From: Myxococcota bacterium
GTDB lineage: Bacteria; Myxococcota_A; UBA9160; UBA6930
Direction: 5' to 3'
Length of the DNA stretch: 64,000 bases
Assembly: GCA_965223705.1 (NCBI GenBank)
Contig: OZ245015.1
Coordinates: 2,912,001-2,976,000, forward strand
Shown here: positions 45,645-54,684 of the stretch, one piece after another
Layout: every line of letters starts with the position of its first letter
How positions within the stretch are numbered: position 1 is the stretch's first letter
Program-made: the position numbers and the translations under genes
The notes under the pieces: model-generated
Told to the model about the DNA's origin: nothing
Database searches by the model: none
What the model saw: only the letters and a program-made list of their open reading frames with translations

Positions 45645-47761
45645 TGACCCAGTACTTCTGCGGCGTGGATATCGGCGGGACGTTCACCGACTGCGTCGTG
45701 ATCGACGAAGCGGGCCGGCTCGTCACGTGCAAGTCGCCTTCGACGCCCAAGAACTTCGCCGAAGGCATGCTCGAGGCGTTGCGTCTGGCGGCCGACGAAC
45801 TCGGTGTCTCTCACGAATCGCTCTGCACCAACATCTCCGTGCTGTCACACGGAACGACGACGGGCACCAACGCGATCATCCAGAAGCGCGGAGCCAAGGT
45901 CGGGCTGCTGACCACGAAGGGCCACAACGACGTCATTCACATCATGCGCGGCTCGCGCGGATTGTCCGGCACGGATATCCGCAAGGTCGTACACATCCCC
46001 GAAAGCCAGAAGCCCGACCCGATCATTCCGAAGCGCCTGATCCGAGGTGTCTCGGAACGCGTCGATTGCTTTGGAAAAGTCGTCGTCGGCTTGAACGAAG
46101 ACGAGGTTCGAGAAGGAACGCGAGAACTGATCGCCGCCGGGGTCGATGCGATCGCGGTCTGCTTCCTCTGGTCTTTCCTTCACCCGGACCACGAGCGACG
46201 AGCGAAGGAAATCATCGGGGAAGAAGCGCCGGGGCTGTTCGTCACGTGTTCCCACGAACTGGTTCCGAAATGGGGCGAGTACGAGCGCACGACCGCAGTC
46301 GCGCTCAACGCGTACATCGGTCCGGTCACCAGCGACTACCTCTCCCGGGTCGACCGAGAGACCAAAGCCATGGGGTACGGTCCACCGCTCCAGATCACGC
46401 AGTGCGCGGGTGGAACCATCTCCGTCGACACGGCCATGGACGCTCCGCTCCTGACCCTCGATTCGGGCCCGGTTTCCGGAGTGATGGGGTCTCAGTATCT
46501 CGGCCAACTGATCGGGACGCCGAATGTCATCACCGCCGATATGGGCGGTACGTCCTTCGACGTCGGGATCATCTACGACGGCGCACCCGCTTCGTCGTAT
46601 CGAAGCTTGGTGAACCAGTACGAGTACTACCTGCCGAAAGTCGATATCCAGACCGTGGGGAGCGGCGGCGGGAGCATCGTCCGCCTCGATGAAGTCACCG
46701 GCACGCTGCGGGTCGGCCCGGACAGCGCCGGCGCCGACCCGGGGCCCGTGTGCTACGGGCGCGGCGGAACGCGCGCCACGGTCACCGATGCCGACTTGGT
46801 CCTCGGCTACCTCGACGCGGAGAACTTCGCGGGCGGGCGGATGCCCCTCGATCGAGACGGGGCCTTCCGTGCGATCGGCGCCCTCGCCGACCAACTGGGC
46901 ATCGACGTCTACGCCTGCGCAAGCGGAATCGCCCAGATCGCGGAATTCCAGATGGCCGATCTCATCCGCAAGACCACGATTCAGAAAGGTTTCGACCCCA
47001 GAGACTTCGTGATCTTCGCGTTCGGCGGCGCGGGACCCGTGCACGCCGGCGTTTTCGCGCGAGAGCTCGGCATCTCGCGCGTCATCGTTCCGCAACGGGA
47101 AACCGCTTCGGTCTGGTGCGCCTTCGGCGCGGCTGCCTCGGACATTCTCCACGTCGACGAGAAAGTCGAAATCATGACCACACCGTTCGACGCCCGGCGC
47201 ATACAGAACAACCTTCTCGAACTGCGCGATCGCGGATCGGCCCAACTGGAAAAGGACGGCATTGCCGCCGCTGAGCAAGCGTTCGCCTTCTCCCTCGACA
47301 TGCGCCACAAGGGGCAGATCAACGAAGTAGAGATCTTGGTCGAAGCCGACGCTACCGAAGCGATCGACGTCGAAGCGCTCCGCGAAGCCTTCCGACAGCG
47401 GTACGAGCTCCTCTACGGCGCCGGCGCCGCGTTGCCCGGTGCGAAACTCGAGATCGTGACGTTCCGATCCCGGGCGACGGCCCCGATGCCGAAACCGGTG
47501 CTCCATCCCCAGCCGGAAGGTGCGAAATCGCCCTCCGACGCGTCGCGCCGGGACCCGCGCAGCATCTACTGGGCGGAACTATCGGAAGCGGTCTCGAGCG
47601 CCATCTTCGACGGCGCACGTCTCGCCCCGGGAAACGAGATCGCTGGGCCGGCGGTCGTCGAAACCGTGGCGACTTCGGTGGTCGTTCATCCGGGCCAACG
47701 GCTTCGTGTCGATCGGTACGGCAATTTCGAAATCCTTTCCGAAGGGGAGCACCACGGATGA
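45644..47761 (+). CDS. hydantoinase A / oxoprolinase N-subunit (ATP-dependent)
   Basis: DIGGTFTD, HGTT.GTN, EYERT, SGP, DMGGTSFD, GGGS, GPDSAGADPGP.CY, FGGAGP.H. Confidence 0.93.
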   Translation: MTQYFCGVDIGGTFTDCVVIDEAGRLVTCKSPSTPKNFAEGMLEALRLAADELGVSHESLCTNISVLSHGTTTGTNAIIQKRGAKVGLLTTKGHNDVIHIMRGSRGLSGTDIRKVVHIPESQKPDPIIPKRLIRGVSERVDCFGKVVVGLNEDEVREGTRELIAAGVDAIAVCFLWSFLHPDHERRAKEIIGEEAPGLFVTCSHELVPKWGEYERTTAVALNAYIGPVTSDYLSRVDRETKAMGYGPPLQITQCAGGTISVDTAMDAPLLTLDSGPVSGVMGSQYLGQLIGTPNVITADMGGTSFDVGIIYDGAPASSYRSLVNQYEYYLPKVDIQTVGSGGGSIVRLDEVTGTLRVGPDSAGADPGPVCYGRGGTRATVTDADLVLGYLDAENFAGGRMPLDRDGAFRAIGALADQLGIDVYACASGIAQIAEFQMADLIRKTTIQKGFDPRDFVIFAFGGAGPVHAGVFARELGISRVIVPQRETASVWCAFGAAASDILHVDEKVEIMTTPFDARRIQNNLLELRDRGSAQLEKDGIAAAEQAFAFSLDMRHKGQINEVEILVEADATEAIDVEALREAFRQRYELLYGAGAALPGAKLEIVTFRSRATAPMPKPVLHPQPEGAKSPSDASRRDPRSIYWAELSEAVSSAIFDGARLAPGNEIAGPAVVETVATSVVVHPGQRLRVDRYGNFEILSEGEHHG

Positions 47762-50043
47762 CCCGCGTGAGCGAACTACCGCCCGAGATGTTCGATGGCA
47801 TCGGGCACGGCTATGTGCCTCCGAAGGAGCTGCGGGTCCACGAAAGCTTGAAGCTCCACACCCGCTGGGACCGCGAGCTCGATCCCGTCACCTACGAAGT
47901 GGTTCGCCACAACTTGTGGAACATCAACGAAGAGCACGGCGCGACGATCCAGCGCATCTCGGGCTCCCCCGTCGCGATGTACGCCCTCGACTTGAATCCC
48001 TCGATCCTCACCGAAGACGCGGAGTTCGTGTATTTCGGGCCCTACATGCAGTACATGTCGGGCGTCACCGACACCCAGGTGAAATGGATCCTCGAAAACC
48101 GCAGCGAGAACCCCGGCATCCGACCCGGTGACATGTTTCTCGCGAACGATCCCTGGGTCGGGGCCGCGCACCAGCAAGACGTGATGCTGATCTGCCCGAT
48201 CTTTCACGAGGGCGAGCTCTTCTGCTGGGTGACGAACTGCCTCCACCAATACGATATCGGCGGGATCACACCGGGGAGCTTCTGCCCGTCCGCCGAAAGC
48301 GCATTCGATGAAGGCATCTTGATTCCGCCGGTCAAGATCGTCGAGAACGATGTGGTTCGACGCGACATCGAAGAACTCTATCTCCGCTCTTCCCGCAAGC
48401 GCGAAATGGTGGCCCTCGATTTTCGCGCGCAACTGGCGGGTAACCTCACGGCGAAGAATCGCGTCCACGCGCTGATCGATCGCTACGGCGCGGGCACCGT
48501 AAAAGCCGTCATGAAGAAAGTCATCGACAACGCGGAGACGGCGTTTCTCGCGAAGCTCGACTCGCTTCCCGATGGCGTGTGGCGAGAGCGGACGTACGTC
48601 GAAGCGTGTCGCCCAGGAGATCGCCGCACCCACCGCGTGAGTCTCACCCTGCGCAAAGAGGGCCAAAAGCTCATCTTCCAGAACGACGGGACGGCGCCCC
48701 AGGACGGCGCGATGAATGCGACGTATTCGGGCTGGCGAGGCTCGCTCATCGTCGCGATCAACGAGCTCTTGTGCTGGGATCAGTATTTCGCCGTCGGCGG
48801 CGCGTTGCGGCACATCGAGTTCGATCCGACACCCGGTTCGTTTACCTGCGCTTCCTTCCCGGCTTCCGTCTCGACGGCTCCCACCCAAGCCATGGAGATC
48901 TCGCTCTACCCGGCGTACAACGTCCTCTCGAAACTGCTGTACCCGAATCCGGAGCTGCGTCCCGACATCATGTGCATCGGCGGCACGAGCCAGTGGCCGG
49001 CCACGATTTTCCGCGGGCAGGATCAATGGGGCGAAGCGTACGGCTACATCCTGATCGACCCGATCGGCGGGGCGATCGGCGCCTTCGCGGGCGGCGACGG
49101 TATCAACACCGGCGGGCAGTCTCGGACGCCGATCTGCCAGCTGCCCAATATCGAGCACACGGAACAGACCTTCCCGGTCCTGTTCTTGTACCGGAAGGAA
49201 TTGCCCGATTCGGGAGGGGCTGGGAAGTTTCGCGGAGGCATGTCCGCGGAAACCTGCTTCATCCCCCACAACGTCGACCGCATCACCCACGACACGCTCT
49301 CCTCTGGGAACGCGACACCCACCGCGCCCGGCATCATGGGCGGCTATCCCGCGGTGACGAACGGCTATACGTTCGTCACCCAGAGCGACGTGCAGAACCG
49401 CCTCGCCAACCGACGGATGCCCGAGGACGCCGCAGAGCTGTCGGGCAACTCCGTCACCTTGGGATTGCGCGATCAGGACTTCGATCAAAGCCCGGACGAT
49501 GTGTACGCCGTGCGCTGGAGTGGCGGCGGCGGCTTCGGCGATCCACTCGAGCGCGACGTCGCCCGGGTGCAGGCCGATCTCGATAGCTTTGCCATCTCAC
49601 CCGAAGCCGCTGAGACGATCTACGGCGCCGTCCTCGACGCTTCGCGCGAGCTCGTCGATGAAGTGGAAACGCAGAAACGTCGCGACGCGCTGCGCGCCGA
49701 GCGGATTCGCCACTTCGAGGGCGAGGTGGTGAGAAGGCGCGGCGAGATCCTGGCGCAGGCCAACGAGTTCCTGGCCGCAAAGCGCGACAGCCGAGGCACG
49801 TTCTGGGGATGCAGCCGTTGCGATGCGGACCTCGGGCCGCTCGAAGCGAACTACAAAGAACACGCGGCGCAGGAGACCCGAGACGTCGGCGCCAGCAACC
49901 CGTTGGTCGGCGATCCGTCGCGTTTTATCGACGACCCGGTGGAGTTCCGTCAGTTCTACTGCCCGGGTTGCGGCTCGCTCCTCGAAAACGAGATCGCCGT
50001 GGCGAGCGATCCGATTCTCGCCGACATCGAACTCGCCTTCTAG
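47758..50043 (+). CDS. hydantoinase B / oxoprolinase C-subunit with C-terminal acetone-carboxylase-gamma-like Zn-ribbon domain
   Basis: PGDMFLANDPWVGAAHQQD, EG..IPP.K, DSGGAGKFRGG, GGGGFGDPLER; C-terminal CSRC...NYK...RQFYCPGCG..LENE. Confidence 0.9.
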   Translation: MTRVSELPPEMFDGIGHGYVPPKELRVHESLKLHTRWDRELDPVTYEVVRHNLWNINEEHGATIQRISGSPVAMYALDLNPSILTEDAEFVYFGPYMQYMSGVTDTQVKWILENRSENPGIRPGDMFLANDPWVGAAHQQDVMLICPIFHEGELFCWVTNCLHQYDIGGITPGSFCPSAESAFDEGILIPPVKIVENDVVRRDIEELYLRSSRKREMVALDFRAQLAGNLTAKNRVHALIDRYGAGTVKAVMKKVIDNAETAFLAKLDSLPDGVWRERTYVEACRPGDRRTHRVSLTLRKEGQKLIFQNDGTAPQDGAMNATYSGWRGSLIVAINELLCWDQYFAVGGALRHIEFDPTPGSFTCASFPASVSTAPTQAMEISLYPAYNVLSKLLYPNPELRPDIMCIGGTSQWPATIFRGQDQWGEAYGYILIDPIGGAIGAFAGGDGINTGGQSRTPICQLPNIEHTEQTFPVLFLYRKELPDSGGAGKFRGGMSAETCFIPHNVDRITHDTLSSGNATPTAPGIMGGYPAVTNGYTFVTQSDVQNRLANRRMPEDAAELSGNSVTLGLRDQDFDQSPDDVYAVRWSGGGGFGDPLERDVARVQADLDSFAISPEAAETIYGAVLDASRELVDEVETQKRRDALRAERIRHFEGEVVRRRGEILAQANEFLAAKRDSRGTFWGCSRCDADLGPLEANYKEHAAQETRDVGASNPLVGDPSRFIDDPVEFRQFYCPGCGSLLENEIAVASDPILADIELAF

Positions 50044-51260
50044 ATCACGCCCCGCTCGCGAAGCTCGCAGAGGCGCGCGTCGTCGAGACCGAGAAGCCCC
50101 CGGTAGATCTCGTCGCTGTGTGCTCCGAGCTTCGGACCGACCTCGCGCACGCGACCCGGCGAGGCGGAGAGCTTGGGGAAGACGTTCTGCATCGCGATCG
50201 TGTCGCCGTTGTGCATCGGCAATGAAACGATCGCTTCCCGAGCCTCGTAATGCGGGTCCGCGAGCATTTCCGGCGCGCGGAACAAGGTGCCGAACGGGAC
50301 GGCATGCTCCTCGAGAATGCGCTCGAGCTCTGCGAGATCGCGCTCTTTTGTCCACGCCGCGACCCGTTCGTCGAGCTCCGCCTGTCCTTCCGCGCGCAGC
50401 TCGTGTCGACCGAACACGTCGGGTGCTGCGAGCTCGGGCTCGCCCATCGCTTCCGCCAGCCTGCGGAACACCGTGTCTTGATTACCCGCGATGAGGATCA
50501 AGCGATCGTCTCGGGTCGGATACACGTTCGAGGGAGCGACCTTCGGGAGGATCGAGCCCGAACGCTCGCGGATGTGTCCCGCGAGTTGGAAGTCGGAGAT
50601 CAGCGACTCCATCGTCGTCAGAACCGATTCGTAGATGCTGGCGTCGACGACCTGCCCGACGCCGGTGCGCTCCCGATGGTGCACCGCCATCATGGCGCCG
50701 AGCGCGGCATGGGTACCCGCCAACGTGTCGCCCAGCGAGGTCCCCGTCCGGCTCGGTACCCGGTCCGGCTCACCGATCAAGTAGCGGAGCCCGCCCATCG
50801 CCTCGCCGATCGCCGCGTAGCCCGGGCGTTTTGCGTAGGGCCCGGTCTGACCGAACCCCGAGACACGCACGAAGATCAACGCGGGGTTGATCGCCGAAAG
50901 GGTTTCGTAGTCGAGACCCCAACGCTCGAGTGTGCCAGGACGAAAGTTTTCGATGACGATGTCGCAGTGCGCGACCAACGACTTCACCAGCTCCTGCCCT
51001 TCGGGCTCTCGCAGGTTCAGGGTGATGGACTTCTTGTTCCGCGCGCACACGTTCCACCAGATCGCCTCACCGCGGTGTCGCGCGGGGCCGTACGCCCGCA
51101 TCGGGTCCCCGCCCTCGGGTTGCTCCGCTTTGATCACTTCGGCGCCGAAATCCGCCAGTAGTTGCCCGCAGAACGGGCCCGCGAGCATGATTCCGAGTTC
51201 GAGCACGCGGAGGTCGGACAACGGGCCGCGGTAAGCGGCCGGATTCGTCTTCGCAATCAT
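50040..51260 (-). CDS. class III (CaiB/BaiF) CoA-transferase
   Basis: GPLSDLRVLEL...AGPF, GAEVIKAE, RNKKS, ENFRPG, SLGDTLAG. Confidence 0.92.
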   Translation of the reverse strand: MIAKTNPAAYRGPLSDLRVLELGIMLAGPFCGQLLADFGAEVIKAEQPEGGDPMRAYGPARHRGEAIWWNVCARNKKSITLNLREPEGQELVKSLVAHCDIVIENFRPGTLERWGLDYETLSAINPALIFVRVSGFGQTGPYAKRPGYAAIGEAMGGLRYLIGEPDRVPSRTGTSLGDTLAGTHAALGAMMAVHHRERTGVGQVVDASIYESVLTTMESLISDFQLAGHIRERSGSILPKVAPSNVYPTRDDRLILIAGNQDTVFRRLAEAMGEPELAAPDVFGRHELRAEGQAELDERVAAWTKERDLAELERILEEHAVPFGTLFRAPEMLADPHYEAREAIVSLPMHNGDTIAMQNVFPKLSASPGRVREVGPKLGAHSDEIYRGLLGLDDARLCELRERGVI

Positions 51261-51301
51261 GGGCGGTACCTTATACCAGGCCCCGAAAACTGAGAGATTC
51301 A

Positions 51302-52990
51302 ATGACGTACGACATCAAGATCGAAGGCGGCATCCTCTACGACGGTGACGGGGGCGAGGGATACCGCGGCGATCTGGGCATCCGGGACGGCCAACTCGTG
51401 GCCGTGGGCGACGCTCCGGACTACGCGGAGCAAATCATCGACGCCGATGGCCACGCGGTCTCTCCCGGATTCATCGACCTTCACACGCACTACGACGCGC
51501 AGGTGATGTGGGACGGGATGCTCAGCATTTCGCCCTGGCACGGTGTGACCAGCGTGGTGATGGGGAATTGCGGTTTCGGCATCGCTCCGACGCGCACCAC
51601 TCACCGCGACTTGATCTTGCGCACACTCGAGAACGTCGAAGGCATGGACATCGACGTCCTGTGGCAAGGCCTCGGAGAAGACTGGGGGTTCGAGACCTTC
51701 CCCGAATACCTCGACGCGATCGAGGCCCGGGGCAGCGCCATCAACGTCGCGGCCCTCCTCGGTCATACCCCGCTGCGGATGTACGTCATGGGCGAGGAAG
51801 CGACGGAACGCGAAGCGACGCCCGACGAAGTCAACGCCATGGCAAAGCTCGTGCGCGAGGGCATGGAGGCCGGCGCGATCGGGTTCGCGACGTCGAAAGC
51901 TCCCAATCACGTGGGCTACGACGGCAAGCCCGTCCCGAGCCGCCTGGCTCACTTCGACGAGATTCGCGCACTGTGTCGGGCGATGGGAGAAACCCAGCGC
52001 GGCATCGTCATGGCGTCGGTGGGCCGGGGATTGTTCTTCAAAGAGATGGCCATGATCGCTCGGGAAAGCGGGCGGCCCATCTCCTGGGCGGCGCTCCTCG
52101 CCGGGATGAGCGGACCGGGTTCGCATCGCAAGATGCTCGACACGGTCGAAACGCAGCAGGCCGACGGCCTCATGATCGTGCCCCAGGTCTTGGGGCGGCC
52201 ACTCAACTTCGAATTCAATCTGCGCGATCCGTTCCTGTTCGAGAGCCTCGCGTGCTTCGAGGCGTTCGGAAAGCTCCGCTCCGACGCGGACAAGCTCGCG
52301 TTCTACGCCGCCCCGGGTCTCCGCGACGCATTTCTCGCGGAAGCCGGCGACGGTCTGCCTCCGTTCAAGGCGCGGTGGTTCGACGCGGAGATCTCCTACC
52401 ACCCGACGCGCAAGGATCTCGAGGGCCGCCGGCTGAGCGAACTCGCGAGCGAAGCGGGCAACCACGCGTACGACGTGATGATCGAAGTCGGCCGCGAAAC
52501 CGACCTCGCCGGGCGCTACCGAATGGCCGTGGTGAATACCGACGAGGAGGCCGTCGCGGAGCTCCTTCGGTCCGAGCACACCGTTCTCGGTCTCTCCGAT
52601 GCGGGCGCTCACGCCAGCCAACTGTGCGATGCCTGTTTCTCGACGGATTTGTTGCAGCGCTGGGTCCGCGAGAAAGGCACTTTGTCCCTCGGCGAAGCGG
52701 TGCGTCACCTGACGAGCCGCCCGGCGGATCTCTACGGCATCACCGATCGGGGTCGGCTGCGCGAGGGTCTCGCGGCCGATGTCACGATCTTTGATCCGGA
52801 AACCGTCGGTGCGAGTCCGCTGCGGCGGGTGGCCGACCTGCCGGGCGGTGCCGAGCGCATCGTGTCCGACGCGTTCGGCATTCGGGCCGTGCTGTGCAAT
52901 GGCCAGATCGTCCGACGAGACGGGCAGGACACGCTTCCGCCTGGCGAGCGCCCCGGCAGTGTCCTCCGCGGCGGCGTCGCGCATCGATGA
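51302..52990 (+). CDS. N-acyl-D-amino-acid deacylase-like amidohydrolase
   Basis: PGFIDLHTHYD, GVTSVVMGNCG, SDAGAH, DRGRLREGLAADVTIFDP. Confidence 0.9.
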   Translation: MTYDIKIEGGILYDGDGGEGYRGDLGIRDGQLVAVGDAPDYAEQIIDADGHAVSPGFIDLHTHYDAQVMWDGMLSISPWHGVTSVVMGNCGFGIAPTRTTHRDLILRTLENVEGMDIDVLWQGLGEDWGFETFPEYLDAIEARGSAINVAALLGHTPLRMYVMGEEATEREATPDEVNAMAKLVREGMEAGAIGFATSKAPNHVGYDGKPVPSRLAHFDEIRALCRAMGETQRGIVMASVGRGLFFKEMAMIARESGRPISWAALLAGMSGPGSHRKMLDTVETQQADGLMIVPQVLGRPLNFEFNLRDPFLFESLACFEAFGKLRSDADKLAFYAAPGLRDAFLAEAGDGLPPFKARWFDAEISYHPTRKDLEGRRLSELASEAGNHAYDVMIEVGRETDLAGRYRMAVVNTDEEAVAELLRSEHTVLGLSDAGAHASQLCDACFSTDLLQRWVREKGTLSLGEAVRHLTSRPADLYGITDRGRLREGLAADVTIFDPETVGASPLRRVADLPGGAERIVSDAFGIRAVLCNGQIVRRDGQDTLPPGERPGSVLRGGVAHR

Positions 52991-54108
52991 AGGAAAGCCA
53001 CCTCGAGCTCGGCGTCTTCGCCCCGACCATCGGCCGTATGCCGCCCGTCGGTCCGTGTTCGTTTCAGCTCGTTTCCGAGGTCGAGCAGCGGAGCCCCGTC
53101 GATTGGGAAACGAATCGGCGTATCGCGCTGCTTCTCGAGACCTCCGGCCTCGAGATCTTCTTTCAAGCCCAGCGCGGTGGCGCCGGTTTCGGACCGAACC
53201 GGTTTTGGAGCCACTCCCTCGACTCGTTCTCCGTCGCCGCCGGCCTCGCCGCGCTGACAGAGCGCATCCGCATCATGTCGACGGTGCATACGGCGTTTTA
53301 TCACCCGGCCCTCATCGCGCGTACGGCCGCGACGCTCGCCCAGATGGCCGGCCCCCGCTGGATGCTGAACCTCGTCTCCGGCTGGGTGCGCAACGATTTC
53401 GACATGCTCGGCATCCCGTTCGAGGAACACGAGGTCCGCTACCGACGTACGGAGGAGTTCGCGACGCTGCTCAAGCGCTTCTGGACCGAGGACTTCTTCG
53501 ATTTTGAAGGCGAGTTCTACGCCGTGACCGGCGGTGTCTGCGAACCCAAACCGAGCCCCCTCCCCTGCCTGGTGAACGCCGGCGGCTCACCGGCGGCGAA
53601 GGACTTCGTCGTGCGGCACTGCGACTGGTACTTCATCGGGTCCGCGGACCCCGAGCAGTCGCGCAAGGAGATCGCCGAGGTTCGGTCGCGCGCGGAAGTG
53701 GCGGGACGCGAAATCCGGTTCATCACCTACATCTTCACGCTCTGCCGCAGCAGCGAAACGGAATGCGAGCGCGAGCTCGCCGAGATCCGAGGCCACCAAG
53801 ACAGTCTGGCGGCGACACAACTCCTCGAGGAGATGTCGGGCCAGACGATCGGTACCATGGCACTCAACTTTCCCGAAGGGGTGACGCGAGAACAGATCAT
53901 CGACGGTATGGTCATCGGTGTGGGCAGCGCGAAACACATCGGCACGCCGAAGCAGGTCGCCGAGCAGCTGGCGCTCCTTCAGGACGTCGGTTTCGACGCG
54001 GTGGTCACCGCGTTTCGCCACTCCGAAGAGGAACTCGCGGCGTACGCCCGCGAGGTGGTTCCACTGCTGGAAGACATGGGCGTTCGTCGCCGGACATCCA
54101 CAACGTAG
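52987..54108 (+). CDS. LLM FMNH2-dependent monooxygenase, RutA/SsuD-like
   Basis: FWSHSLDSFSVAAGLAALT, NLVSGW, RYRRTEEF, FDFEGEFY, NAGGSP; ATG at 52987 overlaps the upstream stop. Confidence 0.85.
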   Translation: MKESHLELGVFAPTIGRMPPVGPCSFQLVSEVEQRSPVDWETNRRIALLLETSGLEIFFQAQRGGAGFGPNRFWSHSLDSFSVAAGLAALTERIRIMSTVHTAFYHPALIARTAATLAQMAGPRWMLNLVSGWVRNDFDMLGIPFEEHEVRYRRTEEFATLLKRFWTEDFFDFEGEFYAVTGGVCEPKPSPLPCLVNAGGSPAAKDFVVRHCDWYFIGSADPEQSRKEIAEVRSRAEVAGREIRFITYIFTLCRSSETECERELAEIRGHQDSLAATQLLEEMSGQTIGTMALNFPEGVTREQIIDGMVIGVGSAKHIGTPKQVAEQLALLQDVGFDAVVTAFRHSEEELAAYAREVVPLLEDMGVRRRTSTT

Positions 54109-54120
54109 AGCGAGGAGAAG

Positions 54121-54672
54121 ATGGAAAAGAAGATCCCGGTCAAGATTCAACCGCTCGAGGCGGCTGCCTTCAAGCCCTACGGAAGCGTCGTGGAAGACGA
54201 CACGCTGGGCTTCCCGGCGACGGAACTCGGCCGCGTCGGGCTCGAGCGTCTGCGGATCAAGTACCGACCGGACGCGGATATCGTGGATCAGCTCGCGATC
54301 CATTTCACCTACAACCAAACCTTCATTCCGGTGCGGGGCTCGATGGTGCTGATTGTGGCGCCCCCTCCGACCAATCGAGAGGAGGGGGAACGCGACGGGC
54401 CGGACGCGTACGAGCTCGACTACGCTCAAGTCGCGGCCTTCTCGATCGGCCCGGGCCAGGTCGCGTTCATCGAGAAAGGCACCTGGCACAACGTGATGAC
54501 GCTCGAGCCCGAATGCCAGTTCGTCAACGTCACGCGCAAGAACGACGGCGAAGGCATCTCTCCCGCGGAAGAGCTCGAGGGCAAGATCGCTGCCGCGAAC
54601 GCCGTGCGCGACTACGTTGAATTTGTCGATGTGCGCAAGCGAGACAACTGCGTCATCGAGCTCCACGTCTAA
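54121..54672 (+). CDS. ureidoglycolate lyase (AllA)-like cupin
   Basis: PLEAAAFKPYG, H...QTFIP, AF...PGQ....KGTWH pattern. Confidence 0.7.
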   Translation: MEKKIPVKIQPLEAAAFKPYGSVVEDDTLGFPATELGRVGLERLRIKYRPDADIVDQLAIHFTYNQTFIPVRGSMVLIVAPPPTNREEGERDGPDAYELDYAQVAAFSIGPGQVAFIEKGTWHNVMTLEPECQFVNVTRKNDGEGISPAEELEGKIAAANAVRDYVEFVDVRKRDNCVIELHV

Positions 54673-54684
54673 GAAGGCCCCGCG

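Noticed and set aside
45845..49488. 553-aa and 570-aa ORFs antisense to hyuA and hyuB
   Set aside because: Antisense shadows of strongly biased genes.
51299..52984. 561-aa ORF antisense to the deacylase
   Set aside because: Same shadow artefact; no family motifs.
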